Below, piece by piece: positions 34,312 to 44,350 of a stretch of DNA of 64,000 bases. Source of the stretch: Bacteroidales bacterium UBA2198 (GTDB taxonomy: Bacteria; Bacteroidota; Bacteroidia; Bacteroidales; VadinHA17). Both the position numbers and the translations under genes were made by a program. The DNA is taken from positions 9,816 through 73,815 of the forward strand of contig DCVC01000177.1 of assembly GCA_002328625.1 (NCBI GenBank). Reading direction: 5' to 3'. Position 1 is the first letter of the stretch. Every line of letters starts with the position of its first letter. The notes beneath the pieces are model-generated. The model had not been told where the DNA came from, made no database searches, and saw only the letters and a list, made by a program, of their open reading frames with translations.

Positions 34312-37272
34312 TTATAATTTTGTATTAAATTTAATAACTACCTCATTCTCATATTTTTCATGAACCTGAATCATTTTCATATAATTTCCCCATAAAAGGT
34401 CAGGATAATCCCAAAGGTTATTTATGACCAGGCTAATCTGTTCCGGTATTTTTTGTTCTACACGGCAGGCGACAGACGCATCAGAAACAACACTCAGTGA
34501 GTTATCGTAATAGGTGTTGGTCAATGTATAATCGTAAATGTGTTCTTTTAATGCAGTAACGATATTGGGCAAGTGATATTTATACTGCGGATAATCAATT
34601 CCTTTATAATAAAAATTACGTACATCATGCGCCCAATCTTTTTTCGGAGCCTCTCTGTATTTCTCATCAACCAGGTCGCGCAGAGGTTCTTCCCCTGAAG
34701 GACGTCCCAACTGTCCTTCCGGATAAGAAGACCAGTAGCTTTCACGGTTCCAGCTCAGTTTATCGAAGTTGGCAGAAAGTTGATACATTATACCCAGTTC
34801 AAATAGTTCTTTTTTTGTTGGTTTTTCAATGGAATAAGCGGTATTTATATCGCCATTACCATTGATGGTCACGACAAAATTGACCGGAAGTGAATCGTTA
34901 TATGATCCCCTGATCGCGATTTCTGCAAAATCTTTATCTATTTTCTTATTCAAACTGGTTAATTTCCAGCCAGGGACAAGGGATCCCATCATTTCTGCGG
35001 CATAATCAGGTTTTTTCTCCAATAATATATATTGAAGGAATGGTCCGCCTTTAATTAGCGTATCTCCTTTATAGATGCCGGCTTTAATAAGTCCGGTTTT
35101 TTTATCAAATTGAATATTAAAATTGCTGCCTTTAATTGTAAATGCATCCGTTTGTTCAACGATACCAATAATGTTACCATTTTTCTGAAGTTTAACCACA
35201 TCATGTCTTGCCTCACCGATTTTTATTTCATAAATATCGACAAGCTTATTATCTGTATTATAAAAAGAGACTTTCAACTTACTGCCGGTTTCCCAATTTT
35301 GCGCAGGAATGGTTTGTATTCCGGTTTCGCGTGGTGCAATATCTGCGCCGGAAACAAATCCTGATAATCCTTCATATTCCCATTTTACCCTGATTTCGTT
35401 CAGGTTAGTATGGTCAAAACGATTAAAAACTTCAAGCTCAAGCGGTTTACTGGCTTTTACCTGTTTAACCTCCTTTGTCAGAACGCGAATGGGTGAATAG
35501 GATTTTTTTACACTCCAGAATTCGGGTTTTTTACGTCTCCATACATCAACGATGCCCCATTGGCCATATCCAATATTTTTGCTTTCATACTTTACAGGAG
35601 AATTTTTGGGATTGATGCCCCACCAATCATCATAACCGGGCATGGTATCCGGCATCATAAATGTTTCGTCAATCATCCCCCATATGGCCCCGCCCAGTGA
35701 ACCTTTTACTGCAAAACTATTTATCCACATGCTGTCTAAGCTTCGCCCCCAAAATTCGCGGACATTAATATCGGTTTGTATTGTTTGTTTGTTGTAACAT
35801 GCCACATGAGCCCACTCATCATTAAATGTCGGTATAGTGTCATTTTCAAAATTGGTAACACTTAAATTATGGTCAATAACTTTCCCGGTATATGTAGGAT
35901 AGTGCATACTTAATATGTCGAAGCATTTTTTACCAGCCGGAACTGTACCGGGATAACTAAAGATCACAGGACGACTTTTATCCGCTGATTTGATATAATT
36001 ATATTCCTGCTGGAAGTTTTCATCATACAAGCTTTCATTACCCAATGACCAAATAATTACCGAGGGATTATTCCGGAAAGTCTCGACCATTTCTTTTGTC
36101 TGAGATATCAAAGATTCATTGAATTCCGGACCATAGTGTTTAACTGAATCGTAATCGCTGCTGCGGTTAAAGCGTACAAAACACACCGCGTTTTCAACCT
36201 CAAGATAAATACCAATTGAATCGCAAAATGCTGCAAACTTTTTCGTGGGAGGATAGTGCGATGTGCGTATAAAATTTATGTTAGCTTCTTTAGCTAGTTG
36301 AGCATCAAGCTGGTCATAGTCAGGAGTGGCGACCCTTCCGAGCAATGGGTGTATATCGTGGCGGCATACCCCACGAAGTTTTACCGGTTTACCGTTTACC
36401 AGCATTTCGTTTCCCATTACTTCAACTTTTCTGAAACCTACTTTTTGAACTATTTTCTGTACGGTTTCTCCCTTTTGAACCAGATCAAGTTTCAGAATGT
36501 AAAGTCCGGGGTGCTCGGCATCCCATTTTAAGGGATTGGCAACCGAAAATTTCAATGTATGATTTTCATCATTTGCAGTCAGGTTAATCCTATTGTCAGC
36601 TAATTCTACCAAATTACCCCGGGGATCACTCAGCGATACAGTCAATAATGCATCATCCTTCAATTGAAGTGATAAATCAACTTCAAGGATTGCATCTTTA
36701 TAGTCGTCATCCAGGTTGGTTTCTATATTATATGAATTAATACGGCTGAGCGGCAGCGCTTTAATATACACATCGCGAAGAATTCCTCCAATCTGGTGTT
36801 TGGCATATCCGCTTGCGTACGATTGTTCGTTCTTTTTATCAGTAACCTCCACGGTTATCCATGCCTTCTTACCAGGTTTTACCAGCGAAGTAATATTGCA
36901 TTCCCAAGGAGTAAAACCTCCTGAATGATCGCAGACATAAATGCCATTCACCCAAACACGGGCATAACTATACACACCGTCAAAGCAAAGTATGATATCT
37001 TTATTTTTAAAATATGCCGGTATCTCAATTTCTTTTTTGTAAACGAATGGTTTGTCGTGTTTTATGGCAAATCCCTGCATCTGGCACTCGCCGGGAACCT
37101 GAATTTCATTCCATTGCTTCAGGGTGGTTTTGTTTTTTTCAAAATTATTGGAAACATTCATTGAAATTTTCCACGTGCCGTTCAGTAAAATATGATCAGT
37201 TTTCAGGTTATTACATCCAAAAAACAATGGAAAAAGGAGAAGCAATAACCAGCCTATGCCTGATTTTTTCAT
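34312..37272 (-). CDS. GH2 glycoside hydrolase (beta-galactosidase-like)
   Basis: Signal peptide. RTSHYPP; acid/base region IIWSLGNES; 986 aa multi-domain length. Confidence 0.85.
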   Translation of the reverse strand: MKKSGIGWLLLLLFPLFFGCNNLKTDHILLNGTWKISMNVSNNFEKNKTTLKQWNEIQVPGECQMQGFAIKHDKPFVYKKEIEIPAYFKNKDIILCFDGVYSYARVWVNGIYVCDHSGGFTPWECNITSLVKPGKKAWITVEVTDKKNEQSYASGYAKHQIGGILRDVYIKALPLSRINSYNIETNLDDDYKDAILEVDLSLQLKDDALLTVSLSDPRGNLVELADNRINLTANDENHTLKFSVANPLKWDAEHPGLYILKLDLVQKGETVQKIVQKVGFRKVEVMGNEMLVNGKPVKLRGVCRHDIHPLLGRVATPDYDQLDAQLAKEANINFIRTSHYPPTKKFAAFCDSIGIYLEVENAVCFVRFNRSSDYDSVKHYGPEFNESLISQTKEMVETFRNNPSVIIWSLGNESLYDENFQQEYNYIKSADKSRPVIFSYPGTVPAGKKCFDILSMHYPTYTGKVIDHNLSVTNFENDTIPTFNDEWAHVACYNKQTIQTDINVREFWGRSLDSMWINSFAVKGSLGGAIWGMIDETFMMPDTMPGYDDWWGINPKNSPVKYESKNIGYGQWGIVDVWRRKKPEFWSVKKSYSPIRVLTKEVKQVKASKPLELEVFNRFDHTNLNEIRVKWEYEGLSGFVSGADIAPRETGIQTIPAQNWETGSKLKVSFYNTDNKLVDIYEIKIGEARHDVVKLQKNGNIIGIVEQTDAFTIKGSNFNIQFDKKTGLIKAGIYKGDTLIKGGPFLQYILLEKKPDYAAEMMGSLVPGWKLTSLNKKIDKDFAEIAIRGSYNDSLPVNFVVTINGNGDINTAYSIEKPTKKELFELGIMYQLSANFDKLSWNRESYWSSYPEGQLGRPSGEEPLRDLVDEKYREAPKKDWAHDVRNFYYKGIDYPQYKYHLPNIVTALKEHIYDYTLTNTYYDNSLSVVSDASVACRVEQKIPEQISLVINNLWDYPDLLWGNYMKMIQVHEKYENEVVIKFNTKL

Positions 37273-37398
37273 TTTTAAATTAGTTATATGGTCGTATCCT
37301 CTAATTGATAATTATATAAAACCCTATCATAAACCATTTAAAACTTTAAATTAATAAGACCTTTCCAGATAAACCACAATAGTCCAGGGCAGGTAATA

Positions 37399-38616
37399 TC
37401 ATTTCCGTTTTCTGATTTTAATCATGACAACTCCATTTGCCGGAACCTGGGCGCTAAATTTTTGCTTATAAACGCCCATCTCTTTCTGTCTCCAGAGATC
37501 ACGGACAGACTGCTTTCCTGAAAGTTGCAACTCGGCCCAATTTACCGTTACTTCTGTTGTACTTTTTCCCCGGTTAAAAAAGCCGACTGCCATTGAGCCA
37601 TCAGCCAAATTTTTGACCATCAAAAACCTGTCGTCTGTTTTCATGATCACCGAACCGCACTTACCTAAAGGATCCTGGTCAACTTCAATAACTTCGGGGT
37701 TACAAAGAATATTGAGGGTAAACTCATCCAGTTTTGACATATCGCCGCTGAAAAACAATGGCGCTGCCATCAAACACCACAGCGACATATATGAATATTG
37801 CTCCTGTGCTGTTAATGGACATGGCTGGGGTAGTGTGAAAATCGTTCCTTTTTGTGCGCCAATCCACCCAATCTGAAGATAATCAGGATCGTTCCAGGCC
37901 CCCGGCTTCGAATATGCACCATACATGGCATTCTTAAGAGCTACAGAGAAGAAACGGTCGGGAAAATGAGAGTTGGGAAGGATATTCCCGCTTCTATCAC
38001 GGGGAGACCCGACGCGCGTTGAGTCAGGCATATAGGGGTTTGTCTCACTGGCATTCATCCAGCAGTCATCAATATTTACATACTGGTAGCCAATATCGGC
38101 CATCCCGCTACTGACCATGTTATCTGCGGCCTCACGCATAATTTTATCCGTGATCCGGTTGAAATGTACATACCAGGAGTTCCATCCCATCGGAGGAGTG
38201 AGCGAAAGCTGATCACCAGCTACTATTTTAAATTTTCGCTTGTCTTTTCCTTTTGAATTGTGCGCAAGTATCATAACTTCGTATTCGCCTTTTTGAGGAG
38301 CTTTCCCTGTGAGGATTCCTGTAGAAGGATCAAGTTTTAGTTCAGGTGGTAAACCCTTTACTGAAAAGCGGATCGGACGTTCACCCTGGCAGGGAATACG
38401 ATAAAGAAACGGATTACCAGGGTGGCAACCATAAACCAACGGGCCGTTGATACGGGGCTGAGGTTTCGGATGTGGCGTATAAATTTCATCAACACTATTT
38501 GTTGTACACTTTTCTTTTCCCATGCAAAACGATGCAGACAGCACCGCTGACAGAAAGCAGATAACTGTAACCGTAAATGCACTAGTAATTGAATTTATTT
38601 TCATTTTTCTTTTCAT
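37399..38616 (-). CDS. GH27-like protein with N-terminal Ig-like domain, lacking the catalytic core (possible pseudogene or non-catalytic derivative)
   Basis: PMGWNSWY...GYQYVNIDDCW is followed only ~16 aa after FPD by KPGAWNDPDYL. About 115 aa, including the nucleophile (YLKYDNC) and acid/base (TxxDI) regions of canonical GH27, are absent, yet the frame stays open. Confidence 0.7.
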   Translation of the reverse strand: MKRKMKINSITSAFTVTVICFLSAVLSASFCMGKEKCTTNSVDEIYTPHPKPQPRINGPLVYGCHPGNPFLYRIPCQGERPIRFSVKGLPPELKLDPSTGILTGKAPQKGEYEVMILAHNSKGKDKRKFKIVAGDQLSLTPPMGWNSWYVHFNRITDKIMREAADNMVSSGMADIGYQYVNIDDCWMNASETNPYMPDSTRVGSPRDRSGNILPNSHFPDRFFSVALKNAMYGAYSKPGAWNDPDYLQIGWIGAQKGTIFTLPQPCPLTAQEQYSYMSLWCLMAAPLFFSGDMSKLDEFTLNILCNPEVIEVDQDPLGKCGSVIMKTDDRFLMVKNLADGSMAVGFFNRGKSTTEVTVNWAELQLSGKQSVRDLWRQKEMGVYKQKFSAQVPANGVVMIKIRKRK

Positions 38617-38645
38617 TATTTTTTGCTTGTATCTTCTACTTTGTT

Positions 38646-39980
38646 CTACTTATCATCAGGTATATTTGACGATCGGAAGGCAGCATTTTCAATCTTTAGA
38701 ACTACGGCATTGGGCCATTGATAGTTGGTGTAAAAACGTTGCCCATTCACTGCGCTTACTACCAATCCGATAGATGTTGCTGAAAGGTAAATTTTACTAT
38801 CAAGCTCCTTCTTATATTCAACCAGTTCACTCTTATAGCCCAAGATGCTCACCTTTGTTTTTTCATTACCTTCTATATGGGTTAATACAAAGTTCTTTCT
38901 TTCTCCAAATTTCCAATCCTCGTAACTGTTTCGCAATACAAAGGCATATATGGCTTTGCCATCATTTGATTGTGTATACCAGATATTCTCTTCCCGGATA
39001 ACAGGTAAGGGCTTTACAAAATAAATCGCTTCTGAATTAGCAAAATTCCAAAGAGCAACCTCTGTTAAAAGTGCCTGTTGTTCTTCTTCAATTTCGCCGT
39101 TTGGCTTTGGACCTACATTCAATAAAAAATTTCCACCTTTGGCCCTGATTTCAATCAGCATATTAATGATATCCTTTCCGGATTTCAGGGTATCATTGGT
39201 TGGTTTATATTGCCAATCAGTTCCCATGGTATAACATGCCTCCCAAGGACGCGGCAAAGGAGTATCCGGGGTTTCCTGTTCAGGCGTTTTCATTTCATCA
39301 CGGGTAATTATTAAATTAGGATTTAAACTCCATGCAAACTCTCTAAGTCCTTCACCTGGTCCATCTATGAACAAAATGTCTATTTTTCCATAATTAGTTA
39401 ATAATTCTTTTAATTGTTTTTTGTCATATTCCATTAAGCCAGAGTTGTTAACCGGAAAATGTTTGGGAAGTTGTAACCGTCCAATTGGAATGTTATGCTG
39501 ATATAAATAGTAAAAATCTTCCGGTGAAAAATAAAGACCAATAGCAATGTCCCGTTTACGAAAAGCTTCAACAATATCCCTGGTGATATCCCTGGCAAAG
39601 GGAGTGTTGATTACATTAAAAGATGTTGTTTGTGTCTGAAACATGCAAAAACCTGAATGATGCTTTGCTGTAAATACCACATACTTCATACCGGCAAGCT
39701 TTGCAAGCTTTGCCCATTCATCCGGATTGAACTTTTGAGGATTGAAAAAACCTGGCAATTCGGAAATATACTTTTGAACATATTCATCCGAAGCACCTGC
39801 CAGCGAGTGGCTTATGACCACCCCTAAAGAAACATCCACGTTCCAGTGAATGAACATTCCAAAACCTAAATCTTCAAACCACTTTATCCTTTCGGGTTTG
39901 TTGAAATTTTGTATGGCCTGAGCATAAATCAATTCTCCGATCAATAGATTTAAAATTAAAAAAAGGATGATTCTTTTCAT
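38646..39980 (-). CDS. alpha-L-fucosidase, GH29
   Basis: Signal peptide. GFGMFIHWN, KYVVFTAKHHSGFCMFQT, GGNFLLNVGP. Confidence 0.9.
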   Translation of the reverse strand: MKRIILFLILNLLIGELIYAQAIQNFNKPERIKWFEDLGFGMFIHWNVDVSLGVVISHSLAGASDEYVQKYISELPGFFNPQKFNPDEWAKLAKLAGMKYVVFTAKHHSGFCMFQTQTTSFNVINTPFARDITRDIVEAFRKRDIAIGLYFSPEDFYYLYQHNIPIGRLQLPKHFPVNNSGLMEYDKKQLKELLTNYGKIDILFIDGPGEGLREFAWSLNPNLIITRDEMKTPEQETPDTPLPRPWEACYTMGTDWQYKPTNDTLKSGKDIINMLIEIRAKGGNFLLNVGPKPNGEIEEEQQALLTEVALWNFANSEAIYFVKPLPVIREENIWYTQSNDGKAIYAFVLRNSYEDWKFGERKNFVLTHIEGNEKTKVSILGYKSELVEYKKELDSKIYLSATSIGLVVSAVNGQRFYTNYQWPNAVVLKIENAAFRSSNIPDDK

Positions 39981-40026
39981 CAGTAAATAATTAAAATCTT
40001 AAAAACCAAGAGAATTTGTAAAAATT

Positions 40027-42375
40027 TTATTTCTTTAATTTTATCCTGACCATATCACTTTCTCTGAAGACGACAATCTTTAATGAGTCGGTCCAATTAG
40101 GAGCAATAACTGCTTCCTGAAAGTCTCTGATGTTGTTAATTTCTTTTTCATTATAAGAAAGAATAACATCCTTTGGTTTTAAAATGCCATTGAATCTGCT
40201 ATCATAATTTACACTCACGATAAAGGTTCCTTTTTCTTCAAACATGCCGGTTGCAGAGCGTTCACCCAAGGTCATATTTTTAACATTCAACCCCAAAATA
40301 GTATAGACCTCATTGCTCTTATCCGAAATAAAAGATATCAGTTCAGGTAAAGGAACTTTTTGCGTCTGGGACTTTAATTTTTCAGAAACCACACCGAATT
40401 GATCCATGTCAAAATTTCTAAACCCTGTTGAAAATGCAGGAGAATTTTTCTTTAACCTGTAATCACCTTTTGCAGCATCTATAAAAATCGTGGAGCTGTA
40501 AACGGAATGAGTATCTCTTCCTTCTACTTTTGATTTCTTTAAAGCAATCGAATCCAAAAAAATGTTCCTGTCAATTTCTTTGGTCCAAACAACAGGCATT
40601 CCCACAGGAAAATATGATGTCGTTACTACATTTTTTGTAAAAACATCCTCGCTGTTTTTATACCATACGTGGGGGTGAAAAGAATTATTTATGATAATAT
40701 TATTTTCGGCAGTACGGAAAAACCCTTCACGGAATTTTAAACCTCCATTGAGAAGTACATTGTTATAAATAAGATAATTAGTGGAACCATCATCAAGGTC
40801 AATATCCCAGCCATGATCACAACGGAAACGATTGTTACGGATAATTGTTGGTTTTACGTTATCTAATAAGGCAATTTTATCCCTGTTTTTCTCTAAAAGT
40901 GAGTCTACACCCCTTGCCCAGTTTCGGTCTCTTCCCCAAGAGTTAAATGCACCATGATCATTCGTTTCCAATACAGTGTTGAACACATCGTTAAACTCTA
41001 TAATATGTCCACCCCACATACCATCGTTTATATTAATACCTGCCCTTGGAACATTGTAAATTGTATTGTGGCTTGCTGTTATATCCTGTGCCATGGATAT
41101 ATGGACTCCGGCAACTTGTTTTTCAATTGTACCCAGATCATGCATTAAATTATTATAAACCAAACAATTTGCAGGGTAATTATTTGTTTTTGGCCCGGGA
41201 TAAAGATCAGTTTCTTCCACTGGGAGATTAAGATTATACCGGGCATTTCTGTCGCCACAAAAACAAACTGCGGATGCACCTATATTTTCAAAGAGACATC
41301 CTGTAACTTCATTTTTTCTATTATAATTATTAAAAAAAATTGCATTCCCACCCAACTCTTTAAAGATGCAGTTTTCAATTTTACAATTTTCTGTTCCTTC
41401 CACAAATATTGCTCCGCCCCTGTATATGCTCCAATCTCCCTGGGACAATTTTTCGTTGGTCTCCATGAAAGTCCGAAGTGTTTGTGTAAACACTAAACCT
41501 TCAATGTTAATGTTCCGGATCGGGTTATTCTCTGTTCCTCTGAATTCCACAAGGGTTTTAACCTGCGGAATTACAATAGTTGCTTCAGAAAGCTTGCTTC
41601 CGGACTGAGGATAAAAATAAAGGACTCTGGAATTTTTATCATAAAACCATTCATTTAATGTATCCAATTCTTCAAAGATGTTCTCAACAAATCGTGATTC
41701 CTTATGCATAATGGCGGTGAGATTTGTAGAAATTATTGTATCATTTTCCACCCTCCTTTCCAATATCAGCTCGCCTTTTTCATTCTTGCCATTTATCAAA
41801 AAATGAAAACTACCCCACTCACTCGGATGCAGTGCATGTAGATAGCCTCCTTCAGGATCTTTCCATGTCCTTACACGATCAGCGCTGATCGCATCAGAGG
41901 ATGTACCACTAAAAATCCTGGCAGATTTATTATAATTGGGATAACGAGCCATATGCTGGAGTTGACCATTTACAAATAACTGATCAAAAACCAAATTCTC
42001 TTGCACAGTAGCCTGCATTATATCTGCTTTATACTCTTTCCATTGCAGTGATATGGGTTCTCCTCCGCTGATAATCACCTGCTCATCAGGATAGGCTTTG
42101 AAGGTAACTTCCCCTTCCTGTTCACGCGAATCTTCAGGAAGAAAAATAATTGGCTTCTTCAGATAATAAGTACCTCCCCTGATATATATCGTAATGCTTC
42201 CTTTTTCCTTTCTGACCTCAGCCTTTGCTTTGTCAATCGAGGCGAAAGGTTTTTCTTTGGTTCCGGGATTGAGGTCGTTTCCCGTTAAGGACACAAAAAA
42301 TTGAGATTGAGATTGACAAGAATTTGTTAAACAAGAGATAATAATGACACTTATCAGGATAATCTTAATTCTCAT
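40027..42375 (-). CDS. secreted right-handed parallel beta-helix protein with C-terminal PDZ-like domain
   Basis: Signal peptide from the internal Met (MRIKIILISV). N-terminal cap FVSLTGNDLNPGTKEKPFASIDKA. Repeated N-x-I/V beta-helix rungs. C-terminus LGLNVKNM...GTFIVSVNYDS..ILKPKDVILSYNEKEI...KIVVFRE resembles an HtrA-type PDZ domain. Confidence 0.6.
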   Translation of the reverse strand: MRIKIILISVIIISCLTNSCQSQSQFFVSLTGNDLNPGTKEKPFASIDKAKAEVRKEKGSITIYIRGGTYYLKKPIIFLPEDSREQEGEVTFKAYPDEQVIISGGEPISLQWKEYKADIMQATVQENLVFDQLFVNGQLQHMARYPNYNKSARIFSGTSSDAISADRVRTWKDPEGGYLHALHPSEWGSFHFLINGKNEKGELILERRVENDTIISTNLTAIMHKESRFVENIFEELDTLNEWFYDKNSRVLYFYPQSGSKLSEATIVIPQVKTLVEFRGTENNPIRNINIEGLVFTQTLRTFMETNEKLSQGDWSIYRGGAIFVEGTENCKIENCIFKELGGNAIFFNNYNRKNEVTGCLFENIGASAVCFCGDRNARYNLNLPVEETDLYPGPKTNNYPANCLVYNNLMHDLGTIEKQVAGVHISMAQDITASHNTIYNVPRAGININDGMWGGHIIEFNDVFNTVLETNDHGAFNSWGRDRNWARGVDSLLEKNRDKIALLDNVKPTIIRNNRFRCDHGWDIDLDDGSTNYLIYNNVLLNGGLKFREGFFRTAENNIIINNSFHPHVWYKNSEDVFTKNVVTTSYFPVGMPVVWTKEIDRNIFLDSIALKKSKVEGRDTHSVYSSTIFIDAAKGDYRLKKNSPAFSTGFRNFDMDQFGVVSEKLKSQTQKVPLPELISFISDKSNEVYTILGLNVKNMTLGERSATGMFEEKGTFIVSVNYDSRFNGILKPKDVILSYNEKEINNIRDFQEAVIAPNWTDSLKIVVFRESDMVRIKLKK

Positions 42376-42460
42376 AATATTGTGAATAAAACCAATATAA
42401 ATCTTAAAACCAGAACAACGCTTTTCCATAGTAAACTACAATATTTCCGGATTGTAATAA

Positions 42461-44290
42461 TTATTCCCACGGTCGGGTTAATTCATCTGCAACCGCTGTG
42501 GATAATTCCGGAACCTTGAAATAGATGCACCTGCCGTTTGGATCAGCAAATTCAGAAAGGGTTATTGTTATATTTTTTGCATTACCCAATGCACCCACGA
42601 TGGTGCCCGCCTTCAGGCGGCATCCTATACCGCCGGGTCGTACGGTGCTATCTGCAACAGCCGTCTGTTCGATCGATGCCAGGTCAATCACGATACGGCC
42701 TATATCTGAAGCTTCTTTCAGGGCTAGAGACTCATTCTGTCCCGGATTGAGGCAGAACACCAACGGTCCCCGCAAGACAGCCACACGTCCGGCTTGTCTC
42801 TGCCTGCCCTTAACAAGGCGCCATTCCATTGGCATGTCTAGTACTACCTGGTCGCCGGCTTTCCAGGATCGCTCAATGACTGCGAATGTTCCCGGGACAA
42901 ATGTTCTTTCCGAAGGTTTCCCATTAACCGAAATACTGGCATTCCTGCACCAGGATGGGATCCTCAGCTTTAACGGGAATGATGTGGGTTTTGAAGGGTC
43001 AACCCGTATAACCACATGACCCGAGTTCGGATAATCGGTCTCTTGCTTTATAACAACGAAAACCCCATTTTCCATTGCAATATTAGCCGCAGAGGATGAA
43101 TATAGGTTTATTGCCACTCCGTTTCCTGATCGGTAATAAACCATTGAAGGAAGTTCTGAAATGATTCTCCGAAAGTTGCCGGTACAGCAACATTCACCGC
43201 AATATTCGCGGCTCCCTTCGAATGGCGTAAAGTAACGGAGTCTTCTACCATCAGGCGATTGTGCACCAAACAATGTATTGAAAATAGTTCTTTCCATGAT
43301 ATCACCATAACGCGAGTCACCTTTCAACCTGAGCAGGTTTTCATAGACACGTATCTGGTAACAGACCGAACATGTCTCCTGCAGATCGCGGCCTCCGTCC
43401 TGATCGTCTGTCCAGATTTCCGCCTGTCCTACTCCGCCTGTAATCCCCATCCCATCTTTCCCGGTCATGAAATTCATGGCTTTCATGGTTGGAACCAATA
43501 GTATCTCATCCTTTTGTACCCGGTATAACTCAAGCTGGGCAAGACATGAGGCCAGATAGGCATAGGTATGGCCCTCAACCAGCGGGCGCCGGCCAATTAC
43601 AATTCCAGGATCCCAGTTTGCCAAGTTACGCTGATTTATTTCGAATTCCAGGTAACGTTTGTCGCCTGTGACGCCATAAAGTGTAATCATGGTCCGATCC
43701 AGACCGGTCACGCTGACAAACGCCGCAATTTCAGTTTTCTTCTCCCAATCTAAGGGCATCGTGGACCAGTTTTTAATGATATAATCCGCAGCTTTCTGAG
43801 CAGCAACGAGGGACTGCTTATCACCGAAAAGTTTATAATCGCTGATCAACCCGTAGATTATATAATTCATCTCGTGAAGATCCCAGACCTTCCACATCCT
43901 GTTCTCAGGAATCATATTCCCGATATAGCCATCGGTTCCCTGTGTCTCAATTATCTCACTGATCAGATGATTTTTCAGGGCAATGACCGTTGTATCCCTG
44001 GTATAATATGCCATTTTTACAGCGGCGTCGATCAGTTTGCCAAGGGCCTTGTAATTGCCGTCTTTGCCATCCTTCTTTTGGAAAGGAAGCAGGAAGTCTC
44101 TGTCGACATCAAGAAGCAGAAGGTTATTTTTGACAGTTATATCAATACGCCGGCCGATTTCACCTCCAACTTTAATATTAGCCATGTCAATTGGTACCAT
44201 CTGATCTTTGACGACATGATCAATACTTTTATTTTGGGTACAACCGCTTACTGCGATTATTGAAATCAGTAAAAAAACAGACATCTTCAT
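42461..44290 (-). CDS. GH127 (beta-L-arabinofuranosidase/DUF1680 family)
   Basis: Lipoprotein signal. E-x-C (QETCSVCY) and CCCTGNFRR match the Zn/Cys-nucleophile motifs of the HypBA1 family. Confidence 0.8.
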   Translation of the reverse strand: MKMSVFLLISIIAVSGCTQNKSIDHVVKDQMVPIDMANIKVGGEIGRRIDITVKNNLLLLDVDRDFLLPFQKKDGKDGNYKALGKLIDAAVKMAYYTRDTTVIALKNHLISEIIETQGTDGYIGNMIPENRMWKVWDLHEMNYIIYGLISDYKLFGDKQSLVAAQKAADYIIKNWSTMPLDWEKKTEIAAFVSVTGLDRTMITLYGVTGDKRYLEFEINQRNLANWDPGIVIGRRPLVEGHTYAYLASCLAQLELYRVQKDEILLVPTMKAMNFMTGKDGMGITGGVGQAEIWTDDQDGGRDLQETCSVCYQIRVYENLLRLKGDSRYGDIMERTIFNTLFGAQSPDGRRLRYFTPFEGSREYCGECCCTGNFRRIISELPSMVYYRSGNGVAINLYSSSAANIAMENGVFVVIKQETDYPNSGHVVIRVDPSKPTSFPLKLRIPSWCRNASISVNGKPSERTFVPGTFAVIERSWKAGDQVVLDMPMEWRLVKGRQRQAGRVAVLRGPLVFCLNPGQNESLALKEASDIGRIVIDLASIEQTAVADSTVRPGGIGCRLKAGTIVGALGNAKNITITLSEFADPNGRCIYFKVPELSTAVADELTRPWE

Positions 44291-44350
44291 ATGTTTTTTT
44301 TAAAAAATTAAATTATTTCTATTACCAAGATTGATATTCGATTTTGTTTT

